Shown: in pieces, positions 1 through 7,913 of the stretch
How the letters are laid out: every line of letters begins with the position of its first letter
How positions within the stretch are numbered: the stretch's first letter is position 1
Virus record (IMG/VR): IMGVR_UViG_3300018077_000001
Coordinates: 1 to 56,530 of that record
Reading direction: 5' to 3' (one strand)
Origin: a virus
Lineage: Duplodnaviria > Caudoviricetes
DNA length: 56,530 bases
Program-made: the position numbers and the translations under genes
Notes under the pieces: generated by a model
What the model saw: the letters and a program-made list of their open reading frames with translations, nothing else
What the model was told of the DNA's origin: nothing
Database searches by the model: none

Positions 1-123
1 AATCAAGTGATCGAGCACCTCAATATCCAACAAGCGCCCGGCCTCGACCATTGCACGAGTCACAGCTACATCCTCCGGGCTGGGCGACGGATCTCCGCTC
101 GGATGGTTGTGCATCACGATCAC
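1..123. repeat. Terminal direct repeat, left copy (assembly circularisation overlap)
   Basis: 1-123 is identical to 56408-56530 (aatcaagtgatcgagcacc...catcacgatcac), and an ORF reads through the join. Confidence 0.97.
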
Positions 124-612
124 TGCCGCTGCCCCCGCACGGACCGCCGGCTCCAACACCTCGGCTATCCTGATCAGGCTCGTATTCACCGATCCCTTGT
201 ACACCTTCACCCTCCGGAGCATCTGATTACGGGCATTCAACAACAGCACCCACAGCTCCTCTTTCTCCAACGCCGACATTTCAGCTTCAAACAGGCTCGC
301 CGCTTGCTCCGGGTTCTGGATCACAAACTTTCCGTCCGTCTGAACCTGCGCCATCCGAATCCCCAATGTAAGCGCCGCCCGAATCCGAACGGCGGTCGCC
401 CGACCAACTCCGTCAATCTCCATCAGCTGATCCACAGTCGCCCGGTTCAGGTCGTTGCCGAACATCTCAACCAGCGAATACGCCTGCTGCAGACCGTGAT
501 CGTTTCCGACCACAGCTGCCAGCAACTCAACGTTCGAGCAGACGTCCGGCCCTTCCCGAATTAACCGGCTCACCGGTCGATCTGACTCTGGCATTTCCCG
601 TATCGACAACAT
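1..612 (-). CDS. radC: RadC-family JAB/MPN-domain protein, 5' part (continues across the join to 56351; ~222 aa; alternative ATG at 627)
   Basis: Manual translation gives MLSIREMPESDRPVSRLIREGPDVCSNVELLAAVVG...[40 protein letters not shown], with the HNHPSG motif. Absent from the ORF track because it wraps. Confidence 0.93.
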   Translation of the reverse strand, partial: MLSIREMPESDRPVSRLIREGPDVCSNVELLAAVVGNDHGLQQAYSLVEMFGNDLNRATVDQLMEIDGVGRATAVRIRAALTLGIRMAQVQTDGKFVIQNPEQAASLFEAEMSALEKEELWVLLLNARNQMLRRVKVYKGSVNTSLIRIAEVLEPAVRAGAAAVIVMHNHPSGDPSPSPEDVAVTRAMVEAGRLLDIEVLDHLI

Positions 613-639
613 GGCTCCATCTCCCATCCATCCGTCTCC

Positions 640-975
640 CTACTCCAGCACTGCCACGATCTGGCTAGGCGTGACCGCCAGCCTGACCGTGCAAGGGCCG
701 TACAGCCTGCGGCTTGTGCTTGCCGGGCTGGGTATCGATTCGTGCTGCTCTAGCTGGAGCCGATAGAACCCAACCCGACCCTGCTCCACGATCTCGTCCC
801 ACTGCTCAACCGTAATGTTCTGGATCCTCAATTCAACCCCCAGCGCAACCTCGCTCGTCATGCTGTCCGGCTGATCGTGCTGGTGCGAACCACATAGGAA
901 GCAGTGCGGGACTGTCTTCGGCAGGATGTAGTGATGCTCACACTCGCAATCCCAAAACCTCGGGTCAGTCTCCAT
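640..975 (-). CDS. Hypothetical protein with CxC/CxxC motifs
   Basis: FWDCECEHHY...CFLCG; tightly packed in operon. Confidence 0.65.
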   Translation of the reverse strand: METDPRFWDCECEHHYILPKTVPHCFLCGSHQHDQPDSMTSEVALGVELRIQNITVEQWDEIVEQGRVGFYRLQLEQHESIPSPASTSRRLYGPCTVRLAVTPSQIVAVLE

Positions 976-976
976 C

Positions 977-1225
977 TCAGGCCTCCAGTTTCAACGTGCC
1001 GCCCGTCTCGGCGTTGTACGCCTCGATCATGGCCGCAATCAGGATGGGCGCTTCGTCTACCGGGACGTTGACGCCCTTCTTCGTGGGCAACCACTCTCCC
1101 TCGTTGTCCCACACGTGACGCACGTCCAGCTTCGGCGGCCCGCCGTTGTAGCGCGACACCCGCACTCGGACCTGCGCCTTCTCCAACTTCACGTTCGGGG
1201 CAAAATCTTCCTTCTGCTTCGCCAT
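977..1225 (-). CDS. PC4/YdbC-like ssDNA-binding protein
   Basis: VRVSRYNG..KLDVRHVW..EGEWLPTKKGVNV matches the PC4 signature. Confidence 0.85.
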   Translation of the reverse strand: MAKQKEDFAPNVKLEKAQVRVRVSRYNGGPPKLDVRHVWDNEGEWLPTKKGVNVPVDEAPILIAAMIEAYNAETGGTLKLEA

Positions 1226-1274
1226 CTCACCATCATCCTTCCATCCTGCGGGCCGGAATGCCCGGCGACGGCTA

Positions 1275-1490
1275 CTATCCGTCGATAGTCGCCGTCATCT
1301 GATCTTCCAGCCGCTTCCACTCGTTCTTCGCTCGCGCTAGGTTCTCGTCCACTTCAGCCAACCGGCCACTAACCGGCGCTCCTGCGGCCTGCTGCAACGC
1401 CAACCCTGCCGCTTCGAGCGTCAGCGCCAAAACCCGCAACCGCGCTTCGATCAACTGCTCCGCCTCGTTCAACTGGTCAGCTTGTCCCAT
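1275..1490 (-). CDS. Hypothetical coiled-coil protein
   Basis: Helical Leu/Ala/Glu-rich ORF in operon. Confidence 0.6.
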   Translation of the reverse strand: MGQADQLNEAEQLIEARLRVLALTLEAAGLALQQAAGAPVSGRLAEVDENLARAKNEWKRLEDQMTATIDG

Positions 1491-1762
1491 CGCTCCTCAT
1501 CCTCTCGTTTCAACTGCTCGGCCTTCGCCACGATCATCAGTCCGATCGAATGCTTGCACGTGAACCCCCGACTCGCATCCGGGCAACTGCACCGATCGAA
1601 CTCCGCTCCATAATCGGACGCCTTCTCCTTCAACTTCCCCGACATGATGTACCCCCACGCCCGGTCGACCCGCTTCACTTCGTACACGCCAGTCCTCCGG
1701 GCGAAATGGCGGGCGTAGTTATACGCAGACATCAGTCGTGAAACGTCGCCGTGCATATTCAT
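1469..1762 (-). CDS. SWIM zinc-finger protein
   Basis: CSCPD...TCKH (CxC-n-CxH); start reassigned to ATG 1762 by TGATG overlap. Confidence 0.75.
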   Translation of the reverse strand: MNMHGDVSRLMSAYNYARHFARRTGVYEVKRVDRAWGYIMSGKLKEKASDYGAEFDRCSCPDASRGFTCKHSIGLMIVAKAEQLKREDEERWDKLTS

Positions 1763-2046
1763 CAGACGAACCTCAGATACTGCGGAACTGTGTCGGCGGC
1801 CGCGAGCTGTCGCAACTTCGCGCTCAGCGCCGCCGCATCCTCGTTCCGCAGATCGGTCCCTCCCGGTCTGTATCCAAGCAGCACGTCCCACATCACCCGA
1901 ATGGCCGACTGCTGTAGCGTCCGATGCGACTGATCGAGTTCCTCGAGAAACCCCTTCACCATTGCCTCGCCCGATCCCATCGTATTCACCGCGGTCACCA
2001 GACCCTTCGCCAACTCCTTGCCTTTCTCGAACTGTACCGGGTTCAT
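1762..2046 (-). CDS. Hypothetical protein
   Basis: Start and stop overlap both neighbours; HRTLQQS and DLRNE motifs. Confidence 0.7.
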   Translation of the reverse strand: MNPVQFEKGKELAKGLVTAVNTMGSGEAMVKGFLEELDQSHRTLQQSAIRVMWDVLLGYRPGGTDLRNEDAAALSAKLRQLAAADTVPQYLRFV

Positions 2047-2294
2047 AGCTGATCTCCAAACGTCCGCTCATGGCAGGGCCGGCAGACCACCTCGCACTTC
2101 ACCAGCTCCTGCTCGATTCGTTGCCACCGAACTCGCCCAAAATACTGACCGACATTGAACACCTTCGACGTTCGGTCCACGTGATGAAACTCCAACTGCT
2201 GCTTGCTCCCGCACCGGCACTGGCGTCCCATCAGATCTCTTGCCAACCTGCGTTGCCGTTTCGCCCTCCGGTTCTGGCGTTGCAGCGGGGTCAC
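2043..2294 (-). CDS. HNH endonuclease
   Basis: CRCGS..LEFHHVD...KCEVVCRPCH; GTG start at 2294 by GTGA overlap. Confidence 0.85.
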   Translation of the reverse strand: MTPLQRQNRRAKRQRRLARDLMGRQCRCGSKQQLEFHHVDRTSKVFNVGQYFGRVRWQRIEQELVKCEVVCRPCHERTFGDQL

Positions 2295-2452
2295 TTCTGC
2301 CCCGCCTTCACCGTCCGGATCGCCTGCGGCATGGCCGTATAGATGCTGCCATACCCGCGGTCCTTCGCGATCTGCCAAGCCACCGACCACACCAGCTCCT
2401 TGTTCTGCCTCCACCACCGTTTACCCTCTGCCAAACGACCGTTCTTGCTCAT
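2291..2452 (-). CDS. Small hypothetical protein (53 aa, not in ORF track)
   Basis: MSKNGRLAEGKRWWRQNKELVWSVAWQIAKDRG...; GGGAG RBS; fills the gap exactly. Confidence 0.6.
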   Translation of the reverse strand: MSKNGRLAEGKRWWRQNKELVWSVAWQIAKDRGYGSIYTAMPQAIRTVKAGQK

Positions 2453-2476
2453 TGCCCATCTCCCATCCCTGAGAAA

Positions 2477-2641
2477 CTACCGGGCCGTCACTTCCAACAC
2501 TGTCATCCCCACATCGCCACTTCCGATCAGACTTCGTACTGATTCTTCCACCCTCGCATCATCCCACTCTCCGGCTGCGACCTCCACGATCACCATCACT
2601 TCGAACGTGACTTTCTCACTGACCTGCGTTTCGGGGGCCAT
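2477..2641 (-). CDS. Small acidic hypothetical protein, first gene after promoter
   Basis: AAGGAG RBS 8 nt before ATG 2641. Confidence 0.7.
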   Translation of the reverse strand: MAPETQVSEKVTFEVMVIVEVAAGEWDDARVEESVRSLIGSGDVGMTVLEVTAR

Positions 2642-2647
2642 CTTCGT

Positions 2648-2706
2648 ATCTCCTTTCATCCTGAGGAAAGGATAGCAGGTTGGCCGGGGTTTGTCAATGA
2701 GTAATG
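2648..2706 (-). promoter_or_regulatory. Repeat-family sigma70 promoter with RBS leader
   Basis: CATTACTCA-TTGACA(2692-2697)-17 nt-TATCCT(2669-2674), TG at the extended -10 position, then AGGATGAAAGGAGAT. Confidence 0.88.
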
Positions 2707-2803
2707 AAAGGCCCAATAGGGGGTGGATGGTAGGGAACCCGGGAAAGGCTTAAATGGAGCCTAGGGACCGAAGGGGCGGCTTTTAGGATGGATTAGTAGG
2801 GTG

Positions 2804-2836
2804 AACAAAACGTGCCCTTGTGGGGCACGTTTTGTT
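2804..2836. terminator. Bidirectional intrinsic terminator
   Basis: aacaaaacgtgccc-ttgtg-gggcacgttttgtt, a perfect 14-bp inverted repeat downstream of 2858..3070. Confidence 0.85.
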
Positions 2837-2857
2837 AGGGAGGCGTGAAAGGCGTTA

Positions 2858-3070
2858 TCAGCCGGCGACCTTCAATGCCTTGCTGATCTCAGCCTTGGCC
2901 GTCGCCGGAATCTTCTGCCCGGTCTGCTTCATCAGCAACCACAGCGCGGCCCGTTTCAGATCGCTCTGAGTGCAGGCCCCTTGGCGGGATGCCGAACCGA
3001 GCCATGTGTGCTGATCGGGATGCAGCCCATCCGGAAGCAGCTTTGCTTCGTACTGTCTTGGTCTAGCCAT
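2858..3070 (-). CDS. Small putative DNA-binding regulator (RHH-like), monocistronic and leaderless
   Basis: Basic N-terminus MARPRQY and TQSDLKRAAL helix; has its own promoter and terminator. Confidence 0.55.
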   Translation of the reverse strand: MARPRQYEAKLLPDGLHPDQHTWLGSASRQGACTQSDLKRAALWLLMKQTGQKIPATAKAEISKALKVAG

Positions 3071-3115
3071 ATCCTAAGAATAGCACAAACGGGGTACGAT
3101 TGTCAATGAGTAATT
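3071..3115 (-). promoter_or_regulatory. Repeat-family promoter (leaderless)
   Basis: ATTACTCA-TTGACA(3101-3106)-18 nt-TATTCT(3077-3082), 6 nt before the ATG. Confidence 0.8.
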
Positions 3116-3318
3116 CTCCGCTTCCGTGTCTCCCATTGCCAGTCCCACCGTCGTCCTGTGGTCATCGCGTCTGGCCCAACCACCAAACACTCTACCGTTT
3201 TCCCCCTGACTTCCAGCACCAGGTAACGACGCCCTGCCCGCGTCTCCAACAGATCAAACGCCTCTGGCGACTCCCCCCATGCCAGCCGGAGCTTGACCTT
3301 TTCCCCGATCTGTTTCAT
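3103..3318 (-). CDS. Hypothetical protein
   Basis: ORF in operon; its stop lies within the -35 of the downstream promoter. Confidence 0.5.
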   Translation of the reverse strand: MKQIGEKVKLRLAWGESPEAFDLLETRAGRRYLVLEVRGKTVECLVVGPDAMTTGRRWDWQWETRKRRITH

Positions 3319-3499
3319 CCGTCTTCCGCACCGCCCATCGGCTTGTGATCACCCGGAACCCGTCTTCAAACTCAACCAGCACGCTGTTTTTGGATCCGCG
3401 CACCAGCACTCGGCACCGCTGTCCCTTGCGATCTACTAGCCGGCTACGCCAGTACCAAACGTGATCGTACTCGGGACTTCGTTGCCCCATCGCTCCCAT
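3254..3499 (-). CDS. Small SH3-like phage protein
   Basis: WYWRSRL.DRKGQRCRVLVRGSKNSVLVEFEDGFRVITSRWAVR resembles a recurrent phage family; overlaps both neighbours. Confidence 0.6.
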   Translation of the reverse strand: MGAMGQRSPEYDHVWYWRSRLVDRKGQRCRVLVRGSKNSVLVEFEDGFRVITSRWAVRKTDETDRGKGQAPAGMGGVARGV

Positions 3500-4017
3500 C
3501 CAGGCCTCGTTTGCCGGGCGAACAGCTCCACGTAGCGCCGCCCAGGATAAAGCCGCTCGATCTTGTCGTACTGATCGTCGGGTTTTCGACTGTGCTCTCG
3601 CACTGGTGCATAGATCAGCTCAGACACCGTATGATCGTCGGGCGGCATGGATCCACGCACTCCCAACAGACACGCCTCTGTGTTCCTGCGCGTGTACTTG
3701 CCCATCCCAAAGTGAAACCCCAACCCCGACCGCCTTGCTTTCACCCACAAGAAACCGATCGTCGCATACCGGAACCCCCACGCCTCGATCACCTCGATTG
3801 CGGCAAACAACTTCCACCACGGCACCCACAAGAACAGCACCGCATCCTTCCCCGCTATACCACTAACCGGTAAGGCGGCAATCTGCTCGACTGCCATCGT
3901 GGGATAGTGCGCCTCACCAGCCCCGCGCTTGTTCGAAGTCTCGACGCTCCAGACTTCGTACAGCCAAGGCGGATCTGCCAGCACTACGTCGAACTTCTCG
4001 GAGCCGTCCAATTCCAT
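3436..4017 (-). CDS. MT-A70-family N6-adenine methyltransferase
   Basis: VVLADPPW, HYPTM, LFLWV, EHSRKP and ELFAR motifs. Confidence 0.93.
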   Translation of the reverse strand: MELDGSEKFDVVLADPPWLYEVWSVETSNKRGAGEAHYPTMAVEQIAALPVSGIAGKDAVLFLWVPWWKLFAAIEVIEAWGFRYATIGFLWVKARRSGLGFHFGMGKYTRRNTEACLLGVRGSMPPDDHTVSELIYAPVREHSRKPDDQYDKIERLYPGRRYVELFARQTRPGWERWGNEVPSTITFGTGVAG

Positions 4018-4421
4018 AACCCCTGCTTACCGCCGACAGCGATCGGCGGGTCCATCATCAGAGCACCGTTCAGCTGCCACGCGAACCGACCCTCAGCGAA
4101 GTCGCCAAACAGATACTCGTCGCCAAGCTCTTTCATCTGCGGCCACAGATCCTCAGCATGGAACACATCAACTAGCCGGCAGGTCGCAACCACGGCCCCA
4201 AGCGGCAGCACCCCGAACCGAAGTCCGGCCCCATCCAGCGCCTCGGCCATCGCCCTCCGTGCCTCAACGCCGATTGAGGACAGCGTCTCGTCCAAACGCC
4301 GTGTCGCCGCGTGAATCGCCAGCGGGCCTCGATACGGTGTGCTCCACGATCTCGTCTCGTAACTCTTGGCCCCGATCGCAACCAGCGACGCCCACGGCTG
4401 CCACAGGGTAATCGCTCTCAT
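3984..4421 (-). CDS. ASCH-domain protein
   Basis: MRAITLWQPWASLVAIGAKSYETRSW..YRGPLAIHA...GKQGLW. Confidence 0.92.
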   Translation of the reverse strand: MRAITLWQPWASLVAIGAKSYETRSWSTPYRGPLAIHAATRRLDETLSSIGVEARRAMAEALDGAGLRFGVLPLGAVVATCRLVDVFHAEDLWPQMKELGDEYLFGDFAEGRFAWQLNGALMMDPPIAVGGKQGLWNWTAPRSST

Positions 4422-5002
4422 GCCGGCGCGGGAACCTCCGCCTCGCTGATCTTGTTGTGCTGCTTGGTCGTGGCCTCCATGAACGTCTCGGCTGCGGCTC
4501 GGATGGCCTTCGGCATACCCCCTGTCTCAATGATCTCCTCGACTGCATTCCAAGCGGCCATGAACACGTCTTCCCAGGTTCGTTCCTTGGGCATGTAGCC
4601 GCTCCGCTTTGCTGCGATCGCATCGACCGGAGCGGGTCGACCTCCGAATTCGTCGGCGCTCTCGACCGCCCATTCCGCCAACGCCCGCCAGCCCTGCGCT
4701 CCGGCTGGTTTGCAGGCCCTGAGCTGACTCCAGGTCAAGACTTCGAACTCGGAGCGGATCTCCTGTGAGAAGAACCTCGCGATTTCCTCCCGTACTCGGA
4801 CCGTCGCCGCCCCAAGCCCTGACTCAATCGCCACTCGCTTACGAACCGTCCCCTTGCCAGCCAGTCCCCCAAACTCGTCCACAAGATCGGCGGTCATGTC
4901 ACCGCTGCGCCAGCGCCACGTATCAATCCCCTCTTCCCCCTGCCTTAGCTCATTCGCCACCTCGTCGGGCAGGATGAACTCGCTCACCTTCATTTCAGGC
5001 AT
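4418..5002 (-). CDS. Hypothetical helical protein
   Basis: AAGGAG RBS before ATG 5002; ATGA overlap downstream. Confidence 0.65.
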   Translation of the reverse strand: MPEMKVSEFILPDEVANELRQGEEGIDTWRWRSGDMTADLVDEFGGLAGKGTVRKRVAIESGLGAATVRVREEIARFFSQEIRSEFEVLTWSQLRACKPAGAQGWRALAEWAVESADEFGGRPAPVDAIAAKRSGYMPKERTWEDVFMAAWNAVEEIIETGGMPKAIRAAAETFMEATTKQHNKISEAEVPAPA

Positions 5003-5231
5003 GATCACTCTCCTTCGCCGGCTCCGGCTGAGCCGCTTTGCGAAATTCGTCAGCGTACGGACAGTCGGCATAGTGCGACTCGAACGTCTGCACCATCTTG
5101 CCGTACGTCTTCCCCTTCTTCGTGAATCGGACCAGCCGCATCTGACTGCTGTCCGGGCGGTACGGCATGGCCGAGCCGCTCTCCATCTTCAAGAACATGA
5201 TCTCGGCCCCGCACTTGCAAACGTCAGCCAT
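4995..5231 (-). CDS. Small Zn-binding phage protein
   Basis: CKCGAEI...SHYADCP. Confidence 0.7.
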   Translation of the reverse strand: MADVCKCGAEIMFLKMESGSAMPYRPDSSQMRLVRFTKKGKTYGKMVQTFESHYADCPYADEFRKAAQPEPAKESDHA

Positions 5232-5472
5232 TGACCTTCTCCTGTGCGGCCCTTCGCTCCGCGTCCAGCGACAGCTCTGTTATCACCGCCAAGAGCGCAC
5301 TGTTATTCTTGGCAGATAGGTACTTGTGAATTGCGTCAGCCTTCTCTTGATAGCGTTGCAGGTCGGCTTCGAGGGCGACTGCCATCTTGATTGCCAGTGC
5401 CCTTGATACAGGAGCAAGCCCGAACTCTGAGGCCCTGTGCTCCAGAAGGAACTCACTCAGCTTCTCGCTCAT
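5224..5472 (-). CDS. Hypothetical protein
   Basis: GAGGAG RBS; operon packing. Confidence 0.6.
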   Translation of the reverse strand: MSEKLSEFLLEHRASEFGLAPVSRALAIKMAVALEADLQRYQEKADAIHKYLSAKNNSALLAVITELSLDAERRAAQEKVNG

Positions 5473-5486
5473 TCTCGCTCCTCCTC

Positions 5487-5768
5487 TCAGAACTCACTTG
5501 TACACAGAAAGCCAGGGCCATAGGCCTCGGCCCACACCTGAGCTTCCCCACTCACGCATACGACCCCATCTGCTTCAGGGTCAGCGATGTCTCCTGTCTC
5601 TAAGTCAACCCATATCCTGATCTCGGCCGTTGCTGCAAGCTCTACCCATTCACCGATGTCGTCGGGGTCTCGACTACCCAATAGCTCCGCTTGTGCATCA
5701 AGCACTTCATCAAGGCTGCTTGCCACCCACCAGTCATATTCGCTACTAAACACTCTTAGCTCGCTCAT
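5487..5768 (-). CDS. Hypothetical acidic protein
   Basis: TAATG coupling to the RusA-like gene. Confidence 0.65.
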   Translation of the reverse strand: MSELRVFSSEYDWWVASSLDEVLDAQAELLGSRDPDDIGEWVELAATAEIRIWVDLETGDIADPEADGVVCVSGEAQVWAEAYGPGFLCTSEF

Positions 5769-6193
5769 TACCCATGCTCCTGTATATCGGCCTTCAACAT
5801 CACCACTTGACTGTCGTCCTCAATCAGTATCGGGACCAGCGCCTCGACTCCAGATTTCTGCGAATGCAGCCCCTCCAAGACCGACTTCACCAGATTGTCG
5901 ATGTCGCCGGCGTTCTTCCCGCGCGCCTGACGCTCGACGGACTCGACCACCACAACCGTCATATCCGGCAGGAAGTCGATCCACACTGCTACACCCGTAG
6001 CAATCTTGAAATCGTCGGGCAGCCCCATCCTGCGCTTGCTGTCAATGGCCGCGGCCCTCACCGCATCGACAAACTCCCGATAGCGAACCACGTCCGCTCG
6101 GACTTTCCACCGATCGGCCCGCGTCATGCGCGGTTTGGGCACCGCCTTCATGCCCACCGCGAAGTGAAATGTGTTCAACTTCCGTGCCACCAC
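5768..6193 (-). CDS. rusA: RusA-family Holliday junction resolvase
   Basis: AVPKPRMT..DRWK, GDIDNLVKSVLEGL, IEDDSQV. Confidence 0.88.
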   Translation of the reverse strand: MVARKLNTFHFAVGMKAVPKPRMTRADRWKVRADVVRYREFVDAVRAAAIDSKRRMGLPDDFKIATGVAVWIDFLPDMTVVVVESVERQARGKNAGDIDNLVKSVLEGLHSQKSGVEALVPILIEDDSQVVMLKADIQEHG

Positions 6194-6576
6194 GGAATCT
6201 CCGTCTGGCCCTCCGGCTCGGCCACCGTCTCCGGCCGGCCTTGACAGGCTGGGCATTCATACGCTCGCGTCTTGACCACAATGTACCACCCCTTCTTCAC
6301 CAAATCATTCCCGTCGAACCAACACAGCGACTCCTCCCGACTGTGCCCCGGCGCACGATGAAACGGCCCGGCTCGGATGAACGACAGATAGACCTGCCCA
6401 TCGTCCTGACAGTTCATACAGCGCACCCGCGACCGCATCGGCAACACTCGCTGGAGACAGAGGTTTGTAGGCCGCTTCCGCTCCCATTCGGTCTTGTGCT
6501 CCTGCGCCTCGAGCGGAAGATACGGTGTGATGTACTGCTCGGTCGTCCCATACATGCCTAGTGCGTTCTCAGCCAC
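6175..6576 (-). CDS. Hypothetical Zn-finger protein downstream of the initiator
   Basis: CMNCQDDG...YECPAC. Confidence 0.7.
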   Translation of the reverse strand: MAENALGMYGTTEQYITPYLPLEAQEHKTEWERKRPTNLCLQRVLPMRSRVRCMNCQDDGQVYLSFIRAGPFHRAPGHSREESLCWFDGNDLVKKGWYIVVKTRAYECPACQGRPETVAEPEGQTEIPWWHGS

Positions 6577-7301
6577 TCGTCAAAGTCCTCCTTCCCGCCG
6601 CCTGCAGCACGACGCTCGATCCAGACTGACAGGAACGTGCCCTCAACACTGATCGGTCCCTTGATCGTCGGCTTCTGTCGGCCAGTCGTGAGACGTTCCA
6701 ACGCCTTCACGACGCCCCATTGGAAGTTCTCGACATCCCAACCCACCTCGTCCAGCATCCGCATGATCGGTTGCCACCACCACGCCGGCCCATTCGGATG
6801 CTTTGGTCCCGGTTGCTTGATTCGTAGCTGTCTCTCGAAGAAGTCTCCGGCCGTTTTGCGAATCGAGTGAAACGTCGCGCCGGTAGGCCGCGACCCTTCT
6901 TCCTCAGAGTCCTTCTTAAACCTTACTTCTTCCGTACTCTCAGCGGAACGCCCGCGTTCCTGTGGGGAACGATCGCGTTCCTGTGGGGAACGCTCCTTTC
7001 CATCACCCCCAGATATGGGGGCTGTCCACCGATCAACCACCTCGACGAGCAGAGTGCCCTTGTCGCTCTCTCCAAGTCGCACCCATCCTTTCAGTGCCAA
7101 CCCCCGCCGCGCCCGCACAACGGTCGCCAAGCCCATGCCGCACTTAGCCGCCGTCGTTCGGGTCGCTTCGTAGGTGTCGCCCACCCGTTTGTAATGCACC
7201 AGCAGACGGAACTCATAGACCGTCAGCGCGGCATCGTCCCACATATTCGGAATGATCGTGAAGTTTTCGCGGGGATTGCGAATCTTCTGTCGTTCGGCCA
7301 T
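6558..7301 (-). CDS. Replication initiator with N-terminal winged HTH
   Basis: FTIIPN..DDAALTVYEFRLLVHY...ATRTTAAKCGMGLATVVRARRGLALKGWV; iteron-like repeats in the linker. Confidence 0.75.
   Translation of the reverse strand: MAERQKIRNPRENFTIIPNMWDDAALTVYEFRLLVHYKRVGDTYEATRTTAAKCGMGLATVVRARRGLALKGWVRLGESDKGTLLVEVVDRWTAPISGGDGKERSPQERDRSPQERGRSAESTEEVRFKKDSEEEGSRPTGATFHSIRKTAGDFFERQLRIKQPGPKHPNGPAWWWQPIMRMLDEVGWDVENFQWGVVKALERLTTGRQKPTIKGPISVEGTFLSVWIERRAAGGGKEDFDEWLRTH
6932..6992. repeat. 21-bp-period iterons (putative replication origin)
   Basis: cgcgttcctgtggggaacg at 6953-6971 and 6974-6992, with a degenerate third unit ending ggaacg at 6950. Each full unit has dyad symmetry (cgttcc/ggaacg); an AT-richer stretch lies at 6913-6931. 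Confidence 0.7.
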
Positions 7302-7363
7302 CCATCCTCCAACCATCCGGCCTTTCCGGGCCGGCTCTCTCGCCCCTGCTCCAACCGTTCAGT

Positions 7364-7392
7364 AGGGTAGCACCGTCTCCAAGATACGGCAA
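7364..7392 (-). promoter_or_regulatory. Putative promoter of the replication operon
   Basis: TTGCCG-17 nt-TACCCT with TG at the extended -10 position. Confidence 0.5.
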
Positions 7393-7415
7393 GCCCCCTA
7401 AAGATACTAGGGGGC
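7393..7415 (-). terminator. GC hairpin upstream of the rep promoter
   Basis: gcccccta-aagatac-tagggggc; U tract is weak. Confidence 0.45.
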
Positions 7416-7528
7416 CTGCGCGAGATGGACTCGGTCATTCCCGCGGCCGGAGGATGAATCCGACCAGCCTACTGGCCGAGGGTGCGGGCGACCTGAGCAT
7501 GCCTATTTTACCCCATCCTCAACCCCGA

Positions 7529-7741
7529 TCACCAGCCGATCGCCTTCGAGATTTCTGGCGTGAAACCGCCCAGCTCCTCGATAAACCGCTTCCTGAAACA
7601 CTCCCATAGCTCAGTCCCGGTCACGAACAGCGGATCGCCGGACGGGGCAAAGCGGTACAGGCGGGCCAGCTCCTCGTGCGACATCTTGTAGATCCTGCGC
7701 TTCCATTCCTCGACCTCAGTGTCACTTAGCTCTGGCATCAT
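7529..7741 (-). CDS. Hypothetical protein
   Basis: AGGAGG RBS; LYRFAPSGDP...GGFTPEISKAIGW. Confidence 0.7.
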   Translation of the reverse strand: MMPELSDTEVEEWKRRIYKMSHEELARLYRFAPSGDPLFVTGTELWECFRKRFIEELGGFTPEISKAIGW

Positions 7742-7913
7742 CCTCCTCCTTGATCGGGTCACATCGAGCGACCAGCCGGCCGAGCGTGTCAAAAACCTCC
7801 GTGATGATCCGGTACGGCTCCTCCTCGTTTCCCGCGCCGATCCCGCGCTTGATCACAATGAGGCGTTCGATCTTCACCGACCGAAGATCAGCGATTGTCG
7901 GGGAGACGCTCAT
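7722..7913 (-). CDS. Hypothetical protein
   Basis: GGAGG RBS; RG.G.EEEPYR...G.LVA.CDP. Confidence 0.7.
   Translation of the reverse strand: MSVSPTIADLRSVKIERLIVIKRGIGAGNEEEPYRIITEVFDTLGRLVARCDPIKEEDDARAK

Noticed and set aside
1-123. 123-bp terminal repeat as a biological DTR or att site
   Set aside because: It falls mid-gene in radC with the frame intact, which is typical of an assembler overlap.
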